Source of the DNA: Scyliorhinus canicula
Taxonomy: Eukaryota
Length of the DNA: 64,000 nt
Assembly (NCBI RefSeq): GCF_902713615.1
Contig: NC_052161.1
Coordinates: forward strand, 115,980,636-116,044,635
Direction of reading: 5' to 3'
In this document: positions 26,021 to 37,284 of the stretch, piece after piece
Layout: the number at the start of each line of letters is the position of its first letter
How positions within the stretch are numbered: position 1 is the first letter of the stretch
Program-made: the position numbers and the translations under genes
The notes under the pieces: generated by a model
Told to the model about the DNA's origin: nothing
Databases searched by the model: none
Seen by the model: the letters and a program-made list of their open reading frames with translations, nothing else

Positions 26021-27341
26021 ATGTTGTTTCTATACAACAATCCTTATTTGTTAGTGGAGTCATTCCTGGGAACGGGTGAAGTACCCTTTCCTCAGTTTAA
26101 AAATTGAAACATTGTTGGGGTTTCTCATCCAGTTTCCTAATATTTATTAGGGGTCTCTTCCAGTATCATAGCACCATCTTGAAGGGTCTTATTCATTGAG
26201 ACATGGTGCTCCCTACATACAAAACAATTCTAATCTAGCAACACACAAGTTTGGTTTTAGTCTGGTTGAAAATAGACAACATCCTGTCCAATTGCTGCCC
26301 ATTTAAATATATATTAAGCTTAGAAGAACAACTTTCAATATGGCATAGATTTTCTGTAAGCAAGCAAATAACGCAAGTGCATTTACTTTATAATTTAGCC
26401 ATTTTCCATTTGTAAGCAGTACACTCTGGTATAGGTGTTTTATAAAGAAAAAATTCACAACTTTACAAACTGACTGGTTCTATCAACATGAGGATCTTCT
26501 ACCCAACACAACTGGTATCCCATTTCTGACCAATAAAGCATCAGGATATAAAGATGGAGTAGTGATTGCCTGTGATAGGTGCAAATTAGCCAAATGTATC
26601 ATGGGCTCTTGCCATGGGAGTGTCTATAGCAAACAATTCACCCGGGGTTACAGCTACTTGTAAAAATTAATTCATGAAATACAGGTGGATGTCACTGGCT
26701 AGCCAGCATTTATTGCCCATCTTTAATTGCCCTCGAGAAGATCCTGGACTGCCTTCTTGAACCACTGCAGTCCCTCGGTGTAGGTACACCCACAGTGCTG
26801 TTAGGGAGGAAGTTCCAAGATTTTGACCCAGTGACAGTGATATATTTCCAAGTCAGGGTGGTGAGGGGCTTGGAGGCTAACGTCCAAGAGGTGGTGTTTC
26901 CATGTATCTGCTGCCCTTGTGCTTTAGATAATAATGGTTGTAGTCACTGGCTGTCATCCTGAAAAATACCCCTTTATCCCCCCACTGCCTTCTGCCAATC
27001 AGCCAATCCTCTATCCATGCCAGTATCTTATCCATAACACCATGGACTCTCCCTTTTAGTATTTTATGTACCTCAATCAGTTCCCCTCATCCTTCTAAAC
27101 TCCAGTGAGTAGAAGCCCAATGCTTTAATCTCTCCTTAGGAGGTCCCCAAAAGACTCCCTACTTGGTCGGACCCACAAGTAAACACCTCGCAGACCAGAC
27201 TCCCTTAAGTTTAACTATAAAAATTCAGTATAATGGTAAAGGTACGGTAAAGTCGCCATAGTCCCAGATGACCATAGGCTGCTTTCCCCTTTGAGGGGGA
27301 GAGCTGACTGGTGGTGAAAAATCCAATATAATTACCCACGG

Positions 27342-27570
27342 TAGGGTAGCACGGTGGTGCAGTGGTTAGCACTGGGACTACAGCATTGAGGACCCAGGTT
27401 TGAATCCCGGCTCTGGGTCACTGTCTGTGTGGAGTTTGCACATTCTCCCCATGTCTGCCTGGGTTTCACCCCCATAACCCAAAGATGTGCTGGTTAGATG
27501 GATTGGCCACGCTAAATTGCCCCCGAATTGAAAAAAATAATTGGGTAATCTAAATTTAAAAAATAAAATT
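27342..27570 (+). mobile_element. V-SINE, short form
   Basis: Homologous to 3711-3920. Confidence 0.88.
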
Positions 27571-27760
27571 ACCCAAGGCAAAGCTGCCACCACTTGAATA
27601 AGGTATACCACATGACGTCTCCAACTCTTACTGCTGTGGAAAACCAGGAAACCTTCAGAAACAAGTCTGCTTTTTTTGCAACCCAGGACTTTTCTGGTTT
27701 GACTGGGTGGATGATGTAACTTACTTCTCCCGGCCCAGAGCTGCTTCCAGATCTTCCCTG

Positions 27761-28631
27761 TGTAGCCACCTGGGTTGGCCACTTACCGACTTTAAAATGG
27801 AGATTCGCTAAGAACGCAGGGAAAAATGGACAGGTACAGGGAAGGAAGCAGAATGCCAAGGTTCCTGTATATTAGACTCGCAGAAAAGCAGACAGCACTG
27901 AAACTGACGACCATCTGCATATTGATGAGCGATCCCCGGGAACAATAGCAACAGTTAAGATAGTCAAGGCAAAGCCAGACTCCTCGGCGCCAGCAGGAGC
28001 CAACACAAAAGAAGCCAACGGACGCTTAGGAACCTCCCAGCAATCAGGGATCGGCCCCAGTATTGGGGAAATCAAACCAATCGATTGGAACATGGTCCAA
28101 TCAATTGGAACCAGGTACGGGGTCCGTCCAAAAGGGCGCGAAGCCCCTGGGGACTATAAATTAAAGTTCCCAAGTTCAATTCGGTCTTCTTGGCAGGGTC
28201 TCCCAGCAGCTCGAAACAACCCTTGACAGAGACCTGCCTAGCAGCTGCACCAACAAGTAAGTGTCCAGTCAACGCACGCTACGAGATAGGCGCTCCTAAC
28301 CCTTAGTCCACACCAGCTGGAAGCCTGCAGCCACAGGATCGAACGAGAGGCCATTGTTCCCTGACCCAGTGGGTTCCTTTTCCAAAGATAAGTATTGGCC
28401 TGTAGTGGTAGAAATAGTCTAGTTCTGTAGTATTTTATGCATGAGTAGCGATTGACTGTGTATATAATAAATGTGTTTGGATTTGAACCTTACTAACTGG
28501 TGTATTGAGTTATTGATCAGCACTTGAACTTGAACCTCGTGGTGGTATCATAAAGATACCTGGCGACTCTAGAGCAAGGTTATAAAACAGAGCCAATTAA
28601 GTGTAAAGCACACTTAGCAAAACGAGCAACA
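27761..28631 (+). mobile_element. Solo LTR (871 bp)
   Basis: TGTAG...CAACA flanked by a perfect 4-bp TSD CCTG. CCAAT boxes at about 28075-28110, TATAAA at about 28155, AATAAA at about 28466. Confidence 0.88.
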
Positions 28632-28944
28632 CCTGCACAACCAACAAATAAGCTCTCCACCGTAACTCGAAAATACCGTTCCTCCCTTTCATCTCATTGT
28701 TCTCATACCTCAAACTCACATTTTTCCAAAGATAACATTTTTCATGTTTCAAATGTATTTCTGCTTTCAGGGCAACAAAAATATAATATACTCTCTTCTG
28801 TTTACTCATGGAAGTAGTGTAGATTGCAAAATGCTTATCGATACCTCTGGCTTAACTTTGATTTTCAAAAGAACTCAACTTATCAAAAATTGCAAATGTT
28901 AGATCCAGCCTATTTACTTGCTCCAGAAACCCACCAACTGTACT

Positions 28945-29330
28945 CGTTGGAATTTAGAAGGATGCGGGGGGTTCTTATAGAAACATAAAATTATGAAGGG
29001 AATAGATAGGATATATGTGGGGAGGTTGTTTCCACTGGCGGGTGAAAGCAGAACTAGGGGGCATAGCCTCAAAATAAGGGGAAGTAGATTTAGGACTGAG
29101 CTTAGGAGGAACGTCTTCACCCAAAGGGTTGTGAATCTATGGAATTCCCTGCCCAGTGAAGCAATTGAGGCTCCTTCATTAAATGTTTTAAAGATAAAGA
29201 GAGATAGTTTTTTGAGGAATAAAGAAATAAAGGGTTATTGTGCAGCCGAGTCCACAAAAGATCAGCCATGATCTCATTGAGCAGGCTCGAAGGGCCAGAT
29301 GACCTACTCCTGCTCCTAGTTTTCATGTTC
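28945..29330 (+). mobile_element. CR1 LINE 3' fragment (second subfamily)
   Basis: MKGIDR..RTRGHSLKIRGSRFRTELRRNVFTQRVVNLWNSLP. Confidence 0.88.
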
Positions 29331-29423
29331 TTATAATATCTGATTAAAAATTCACAAACCAAGGCAACATCATGGCGCCGAGGACCCGGGTTCGATCCTG
29401 GCCCTGGGTCACTGTCTCTGTGG

Positions 29424-29752
29424 AACATAGAACAGTACAGCACAGAACAGGCCCTTCGGCCCTCGATGTTGTGCCGAGCAATGATCATCCTACTCAAACC
29501 CACGTATCCACCCTATACCCGTAACCCAACAACCCCCCCCTCTCCCTCTTAACCTTACTTTTTAGGACACTACGGGCAATTTAGCATGGCCAATCCACCT
29601 AACCCGCACATCTTTGGACTGTGGGAGGAAACCGGAGCACCCGGAGGAAACCCACGCACACACGGGGAGGACGTGCAGACTCCACACAGCCGGGAATCGA
29701 ACCTGGGACCCTGGAGCTGTGAAGCATTTATGCTAACCACCATGCTACCGTG
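29424..29752 (-). mobile_element. HE1-like V-SINE, long form, nested inside a short-form V-SINE (29363-29890, +)
   Basis: The host SINE breaks at ...CTCTGTGGA and resumes TGGAGTTTGCAC (TGGA duplicated). Confidence 0.88.
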
Positions 29753-30250
29753 CTGGAGTTTGCACATTCTCACCATGTCTGTGTGGGTATCACCCCCACA
29801 ACTCAAAGATGTGCAGGGTAGGTGGATTGGCCAAGCTATATTGTCCCTTAATAGGAAAAAAAATGAATTGGGTATTTAAAATTTTTTTTTAAATGCACAA
29901 ACCCAACACCTCTTTCCTTTTATGTCTTAAACCTCCCAGACAACTTGTCTCTTGTAATCTTTCCCCAGCTTAATTATTTACACAAAACATGAACCTGTTA
30001 AATTAACCTGTTGGAACTGGTCCATTAGAAAGCTTTGAAATCAGGTAATTAACACAAAGATAGTGATGAAGAAAGATTTCGCAAACTAATAAAACTTAAA
30101 AGAAATTTGCTAGAGTGTGCCCCTTGCAGTCACACTAGGATATTTATCCATGGTTTCAATCCGCGGAGAAATGCATTTATTGAAGCAACATGAAACTTCA
30201 GCAAAATCCTATTGTGTGGATGAAATTTGCCACTTCGAAGCAAGGATCCT

Positions 30251-30421
30251 GGGGCAGCAAGGTGGCGCAGGGGATAGCATTGCCACCTCATGACGCTGAG
30301 GACCTGGGCTCGATCCCGGCCCCGAGTCCCCGTGAGTCTCTCTGTGTCTGCGCGAGTCTCAACCCACAACCCAAAGATGTGCAGAGTAGGTGGATTGGCC
30401 ACGCTAAATTGCCCCTTAATT

Positions 30422-30455
<34 letters not shown>

Positions 30456-30500
30456 GAGGAGAGAGAGAATTGGGTACTCAAAATTTATAAAGTAAAATAA
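30251..30500 (+). mobile_element. V-SINE, short form with internal poly-G
   Basis: Homologous to 3711-3920. Confidence 0.85.
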
Positions 30501-30800
30501 AAAGGCAAGGGTGGTTCAAGTTTGTCTCAATCAACATCTTCAAAATGTGACTGCCAAAAATGAATTAAAATCTACCTCTGCAGTCAAGTTCAGCAGTACT
30601 GGCCAGGGTTAGATAGGTCTCAGAGCTGGGATGTCTTCTTGAATAATGAAGCAACAGGTTATTTAAAGTAATAAATCCTTCCATTGGAAATTGAATTCCA
30701 CTGCTCAGTTTCTTTGTTGGGACCTTTATTGGTTCCATTGGCTAAAACGGATAGAAACGGTTCCCTACTGAGTTACTTTTGAGAGATGGGACAAGTGGCA

Positions 30801-31465
30801 TCATAGAACAGTACAGCACAGAACAGGCCCATCGCCCCTCGATGTTGTGCCAAGCTTGTCCGAAACCAAGATCAAGCTATCCCACTCCCTGTCATTCTGG
30901 TGTGCTCCATGTGCCTATCTAATAACCGCTTGAAAGTTCCTAAAGTGTCCGACTCCACTATCACAGCAGGCAGTCCATTCCACACCCTAACCAGTCTCCG
31001 AGTAAATAACCTACCTCGGACATCCCTCCTATATCTCCCACTCTGAACCTTATTGTTATGCCTCCTTGTAACAGCTTCATCCACCTGAGGAAATAGTCTA
31101 TGAACGTCCACTCTATCTATCCCCCTCACCATCTTATAAACCTCTATTAAGTCACCTTTCATCCTCCTCCGCTCCAAAGAGAAAAGCCCTAGCTCCCTGA
31201 ACCTTTCCTAAGACCTATCCTCCAAACCAGGCAGCATCCTGGTACATCTCCTTTGCACCCTTTCCAATGCTTCCACATCCTTCCGATAGTGAGGTGACCA
31301 GAACTGCACACAATACTCCAAATGTGGTCTCACCAGAGTCATGTACAGTTGCAGCATAACCCCACGGCTCTTAAACTCAAGCCCCCTGTTAATAAACGCT
31401 AACACACTGTACTATAGGCCTTCTTCATGGCTCTATCCACTGGAGTGGCAACCTTCAGAGATCTG
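30801..31465 (-). mobile_element. CR1 LINE 3' fragment
   Basis: RPHLEYCVQFWSPHY. Nearly identical to 43800-44360. Retains the tail CCTGTTCTGTGCTGTACTGTTCTATG. Confidence 0.92.
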
Positions 31466-31755
31466 TTTGTTTCTAAATTGGGTCATTTATGTACAATAAA
31501 CTGGTCAGAAATTACTGCCAGGATTCAAATATCTGGGAATGAGTAGAACCACAGGTACTGGCAGGCTGTTTGACTATACAGCATTACAGGCAGATCTAAT
31601 TCTGTTTACGTTCAGTATTCAGGTAAGTACACTTTCCTTCAGAAATTACAAGTTTCACTTATCCTACGTTTCAGTGGCACTGGTCACTCCCATTGGTGGC
31701 CTTGGGTTCAGATACAAAGACTATCCAGTATACAAATCATGCAATTGTATATTTA

Positions 31756-31965
31756 GGACAGCACAGTGGTGCAGTGCTTAGCACTGCTGCCTCACGGTGC
31801 CGAGGACCCAGGTTCGATCCTGGCCCCGGGTCACTGTCTGTGTAGAGTTTGCATATTCTACCAGTGTCTGTGTGGGTCTCACCTATGTGCAGAATAGGTG
31901 GAATGAACACGCTAAATTGCCCCTTAATTGGAAAAAAAGAATTGCGTACTTTAAATTTCAAAAAA
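31756..31965 (+). mobile_element. V-SINE, short form
   Basis: Homologous to 3711-3920. Confidence 0.85.
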
Positions 31966-32382
31966 ACTTCCAATTGTATATTTGGAACAAATCTAGAATA
32001 CATAAAAGTTATCTTCTTAAAGGAGACCTGCCAGTCTACCTCTCTGCAGACCTCACCAACTAACTGACTAACTATATACAGGGTCTTTGCCATAACATTT
32101 TTGTTACGTCTGACCATGTGGGAAGGCTCTCCCCGAAAAGCATTCCTTCGATTCAACAGTCAACCAGGTTACTTTCCCTCCCATTATTATGTTTTTTTGA
32201 GCCGAGCATGTGATGCCTGCTTTATGAAAAGATGATAAAGTGTTAAAAATATTTTAAAATAAATTGAAAATATGAATATTTGTAGGAAGTATGAGGCAAG
32301 ACAATGGATTAGCTAACAATAAAAAAAAGAAAGGCACTGCAGAAACTGGAAATCTGAAATAAGAACAGAAAATATTGGGAAC

Positions 32383-33305
32383 GTTCCAGTGGTGGCCATG
32401 GTGTGAGTGGTCGCGCATTTGGCAGCTCCCGCTCCAGGCTGTTTGTTTGGCAGGCGGGAACTGAGCGGATTGGGAGCCTGTTTGTGCAGGACATCTTTTT
32501 GAGCTTGGAGGGGTTGTTCGAGGAGTATGAACTGCCCAGCGGGAATAGGTTCTGGTAATTACAGGTTTGGGACTATGTGAGGAAACAGGTGCCGTCCTGT
32601 CCGGAGCTGCCGCCCCCAGGGATGCAGGACAAGGTAGTGTTGAAAACAGGGGTTGCTGAGGGCAGGGTGTCAGAGATTTATAAAGAATTAATGGACTGGG
32701 AGGGCTCCCCGATAGAAGACGTTAAGCGGAAGAGGGAGGAAGAGCTGGGGAGGGTGCTGGAGGCTGGGTTTTGGGAGGGGTCTCGGAGGAGGGCGAGTGC
32801 ATCCTCTGTGTCCTAGGCTTAGCTTCATTCAATTTAAAGTAGTTCACTAGGTACATATGACGGTGGCCAGAATGAGCAAGTTTTTTGAGGGAGTGGAGGA
32901 TAGGTGTGGGCGGTGCACCGGGGGGAGGGGGGCCGCGGCGGCACAAATCATGTCCACATGTTTTGGGCCCGTCCGAAGCTGGAGGGATTCTGGCGGGGAT
33001 TCGCTGATGTGATGTCGGAGGTATTGAAGATGGTCCAGAGTCCAGAAGTAGCAATTTCTGGAGTGTCGGAAGTCCCGGGAGCCCAGGGGGCGAGAGGCGC
33101 TGCATTTTGGCCTTTGCCTCTTTGACAGGCCGCAGCCAGATCTTGTTGGGATGGAGGGATGCCGAACCCAGGGATGTGAGTGAGCAACCTCGCGGAATTC
33201 CTTAGGTGGAAACAATCAAGTTCGCCTTGAGACTGTCTGTGGAGGGGTTTGCCCGGAGATGGAATTTCTTCAATGACAGGCTTAATAAAAACATTTTGGA
33301 AAAAA
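32383..33305 (+). mobile_element. Short L1-clade element (5' end joined to ORF2 3' end)
   Basis: Similar to 39890-40560 (IQFKVVH, HVHMFW); AATAAA plus A tail; TSD AAAATATTGGGAAC / AAAATATTGAGAAC. Confidence 0.75.
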
Positions 33306-33408
33306 AAAATATTGAGAACAACTCTGTATCAGGTAGCATTTGCGGACAGTGCATGGACGAGCACAAGATTTGAGTTAAAGTCTCAACCTTCTCTCAGAAC
33401 TGCAAACG

Positions 33409-33620
33409 GTGAGCATGGTGGTAGAGTGGTTAGCACTGCTGCCTCACGGCGCAGAGGACCCGGGTTCAATCCCGGCCTCGGGTCACTGTCCGTGCGGAGT
33501 TTGCACATTCTCCTCGTGTCTCACCCCCACGACCCAAAATGACGTGCAGGGTAGGTTAACTGGCCATGCAAAACTGCCCCTTAATTGGAAAAAGAATTGG
33601 GCACTCTAAAATGTTTTAAA
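33409..33620 (+). mobile_element. V-SINE, short form
   Basis: Homologous to 3711-3920. Confidence 0.85.
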
Positions 33621-33978
33621 AAGAGAACTGGCAAATATCAAGAGTTGTAACTGCTTTTAAGTACAAGGGCAGGGAGAACAAAATCGTGATGGAGTGGAAG
33701 GCAGAGGATATTAAATGTCAAAAGAGATGATGGTGCAAGCTAAGAGGAGATGATGGGACAATTAAATGGAAAAAAAAGATGGTCTGGAGGAGGTGTAAAT
33801 GAGATATCCTATCACCAACAATTGCCACTGAATCAATTACAGTAGGTACAGTTTAGTGCGAAATTGGTAAACCCATACCCGGTGAATGACTAAATGGCTG
33901 CTACTCTCAACTGGAGTCAGTTACTGTAAAGGAACATAATATAACGATGGTAGTCCAATCCTTTGTCCTGTCATTTAC

Positions 33979-34227
33979 CTTTCTGTATTAGTTTTATCTT
34001 CTTCTTCAGGACTTGCACTCCCCAGGATACGTTTCCGTGCTTCTGCGTATTCTGCCTCTCTCTGGGCGAGTGACTTGACCTGTGGAGGTGGTCTTGTCGC
34101 AGAGTTCGGTGTGCTGACCACTCCGTTACTCGTCGGTCTTTTCAAAATGCGAATCTGTGGGGTGCAGGGTGTTGGATGGAGATCATCCTGTATGACGATG
34201 GGAAGTTTAGGCGGCAGCTTTGATTTC
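33979..34227 (-). CDS. SZRD1: SZRD1 coding exon 3 (SUZ domain)
   Basis: Acceptor aaacag|G; [82 protein letters not shown](R); donor AG|GTAAAT; 249 nt. Confidence 0.96.
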
Positions 34228-34414
34228 CTGTTTAAATACAAAAACATTATGACAGACTTTCTGGAATGCCATTCTCCCCAAATGCTGTGCCAAACACAAA
34301 ATCATGCGACAGCATCCAACTGGACACCTGATCAGGAAGGGATTATGGCAGAACTTGAACAAGAATGTGCTGAGGAAAAATGGGAGTGTACCTCAGAGTC
34401 GTAAAGTAAAAACT

Positions 34415-34782
34415 CGGCTGGTTTAGCACACGGCTAAATCGCTGACTTTGAAAGCAGACCAAGGCAGGCCAGCAGCACGGTTCAATTCCTGTACCAGCCT
34501 TTCTGAACAGGCGCTGGAATGTGGCGACTAGGGGCTTTTCACAGTAACTTCATTTGAAGCCTACTTGTGACAATAAGCGATTTTCATTTATACAGGGCTG
34601 GTTTAGCACACTGGGCTAAATCGCTGACTTTTAAAGCAGACCAAGGCAGGCCAGCAGCACGGTTCAATTCACATACCAGCCTCCCGAACAGGCGCCGGAA
34701 TGTGGCGACTAGGGACTTTTCACAGTAACTTCATTGAAGCCTACTTGGTGCAATAAGTGATTTTCATTTCATTTTCATTCAT
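34415..34782 (+). mobile_element. Two head-to-tail copies of the second SINE family
   Basis: Copies at 34415-34590 and 34594-34782 are near-identical. Confidence 0.88.
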
Positions 34783-36572
34783 AAAGGGAGGGCGTAGTGC
34801 ACTGCTGGCTTTTCACAAGCGTGTGTGGCACCCTTCTTGGCAGGCTACGCTGACAAAGGGGACTGATTTATTTTTAAAACTTCCATAACAAAATAGGCAG
34901 GCCTCTTCAACAGCTCACTTGACGCACAGATTCAGAAGGTCTACGCTGAGCCAGCCATCTAGTACTGCAACGTAATCTTTCTGTTGTGACTTCCCAAAGT
35001 CGAAGTGAAATGGCAGCTTCCAGACCACATTTAATACACCGTGAACCTTGATTACTGGCATTTGTTAATTTTCACTATTACAAACAATGACGGACAGGGA
35101 ACGATGCTCTGCTCCATGCAGCCTGTCCCATTAAACGGACACAGCTTGTGAATCTTAGAAAATACACTCCCCACCCAAAACCATGTGATCTAAAGTAATT
35201 ATCTCAATTGTCGGCAGCAATCATTTGTCGGTAGCAGTCATTAAATGTACGGCAGCAGAGATAGAGGAAGGGAGTGGAATCAAAAGCGATCAATCACTTG
35301 TTGCAACTGGTTACAGACTTTTGGTAAAACGTTTATGATGAAAAATAGTTTTCTACTAGGGAACAAACAGATTTTACCTTGCAATTCAGGATGAGATGGA
35401 CAATACACTATTATAAAGGACAGGACTTGGAATTTGCACATTCTCCCCGTTTCTGAGAGTTTCACCCTCACAACCAAAAATGTGCAGGGTAGGTGGATTG
35501 GACATGGGATTTGGGTACTCTAAATTAAAAATAAATAAATAAAATGAAATAAAGGACAGGCTGCCACACCGCAAAATTTCATGCCATAGAACGGAAATAA
35601 TGTTTTTTGGATTCAATGCACAAGCACCATTTTGTAAACATGGGGTGAGATCAAAGTTTAATTTCTCTTTGTGCTGCAGAATCCCAACATGCTTTTAATT
35701 GCTCTTGGATTTTTAATTTATCTTGTATTACTGGCATTCTGGTTCTTCTATCATTCAAGATATATTTGATCGATGGACGAATATAGAGTGCAAATAACTG
35801 CACTGATCAGTAATACATAACATTCTATTTAGGTCACTATCCTTATTTGGTGGCCCCATTCAGTGACTCACTTGCAGTTGTACACTTCTACTCCAAAAGT
35901 GCAAGAGTTACCAACCTCAGGTCATGGCATGGCATAGCATTTACGTGAACACTTTCAGCACAAAGCATTCCAGATCCTTGGACACATGATCTCGTCATCT
36001 TTTCCTTCAATTTCTCTGCCCAATCCTCCCACCTCTAGAGTTACTGGAAATTCATACTTTGCTAAACCCTCCAGCAGCTAAGCAAAACGTCATTGTTCAT
36101 GAACAGGTATAACAACAAAACTAAGCAGGTTGTTCCCTCTCTCCCCACGTCCCTGCGCTGCACCGCACCCCCCCCCCCCCCCCCCAAAGAGCCAAGTCCA
36201 ACTGAGTCTCCTGTCCCATTCCTAGAATACATTTTCAATCAGATATATGTCCATCTGTCAGATTTCTTTATGTACTTTATGTTCCTATGTATCAATAATA
36301 ATTACCTGCAGTTGTACAGAACTATTTTCTTTTCGACATCATTTGGAAGTGGGAACAGAAATCTTGTCAATATTGGAAAGCTATCCTCTGAACAGACGAG
36401 CTTGAAAAGCACTCGTTCATAGCAGATCTGGGACTTGTGGTGGTAACATGCAGATAAAGGTCACACATTAGGTGGCTCCTGCTAGAGATCTGGTTTTTGG
36501 ACTTTTATGCTCGGTTTCAGGGGTAGTATGTGAATGAGTTAGTATGGGAAGTCATAGGAGGCCGAGAATTAG

Positions 36573-36902
36573 AACATAGAACAGTACAGCACAGAATAGG
36601 CCCTTCGGCCCTCGATGTTGTGCCGAGCCATGATCACCCTACTCAAACCCACGTAACCACCCTATACCCGTAACCCAATAACCCCCCCCCCTAACCCTAC
36701 CCTATTAGGACACTATGGGCAATTTAGCATGGCCAATCCACCTAACCCGCACATCTTTGGACTGTGGGAGGAAACCGGAGCACCCGGAGGAAACCCACGC
36801 ACACACGGGGAGGACGTGCAGACTCCACACAGACAGTGACCCAGCCGGGAATCGAACCTGGGACCCTGGAGCTGTGAAGCATTTATGCTAACCACCATGC
36901 TG
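36573..36902 (-). mobile_element. HE1-like V-SINE, long form
   Basis: Reverse-complement near-copy of 47619-47956. Confidence 0.9.
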
Positions 36903-37059
36903 AAGACATGAATGTTGAAGACCCAGAAGAAGGGTGCTGGAAAGAAGGAAGAGGGTGGGTGAGTGAAAGTCTGCATCGAGTGAGGTTGAGAGTCCTGCAG
37001 GAAGATGGCGGGTGCAAGTTCAATGGGTGGGGCCGCTCCCCTCACGGTGGAAACTCTTT

Positions 37060-37284
37060 TTTAAAAACAAATTTAGAGTACCCAATTAATTTTTTCCAAT
37101 TAAGGGGCAATATAGCATGGCCAATCCACCTACCCGACACATCTTTGGGTCGTGGGGGCAAAACCCACGGAAAGACGGGGAGAATGTGCAACCTTCACAC
37201 AGAGAGTAACCCAGAGCCAGGATTGAACCTGGGACCCTGGCGCCGTGAGGCAGCAATGCTAACCACTGCGCCACCGTGCTGCCC
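37060..37284 (-). mobile_element. V-SINE, short form, inserted in L1
   Basis: Reverse complement of the family sequence. Confidence 0.87.

Larger units (their letters stand above)
23489..26173 (+). mobile_element. Possible old solo LTR interrupted by a SINE and CR1
   Basis: TGTTGCAATA start and TATCATAGCA end; LTR-like sequence on both sides of the nested insertions; no TSD. Confidence 0.35.

Noticed and set aside
30870-31465. Local segmental duplication with 43800-44360
   Set aside because: Similarity is confined to CR1 sequence, so these are independent insertions of one subfamily.
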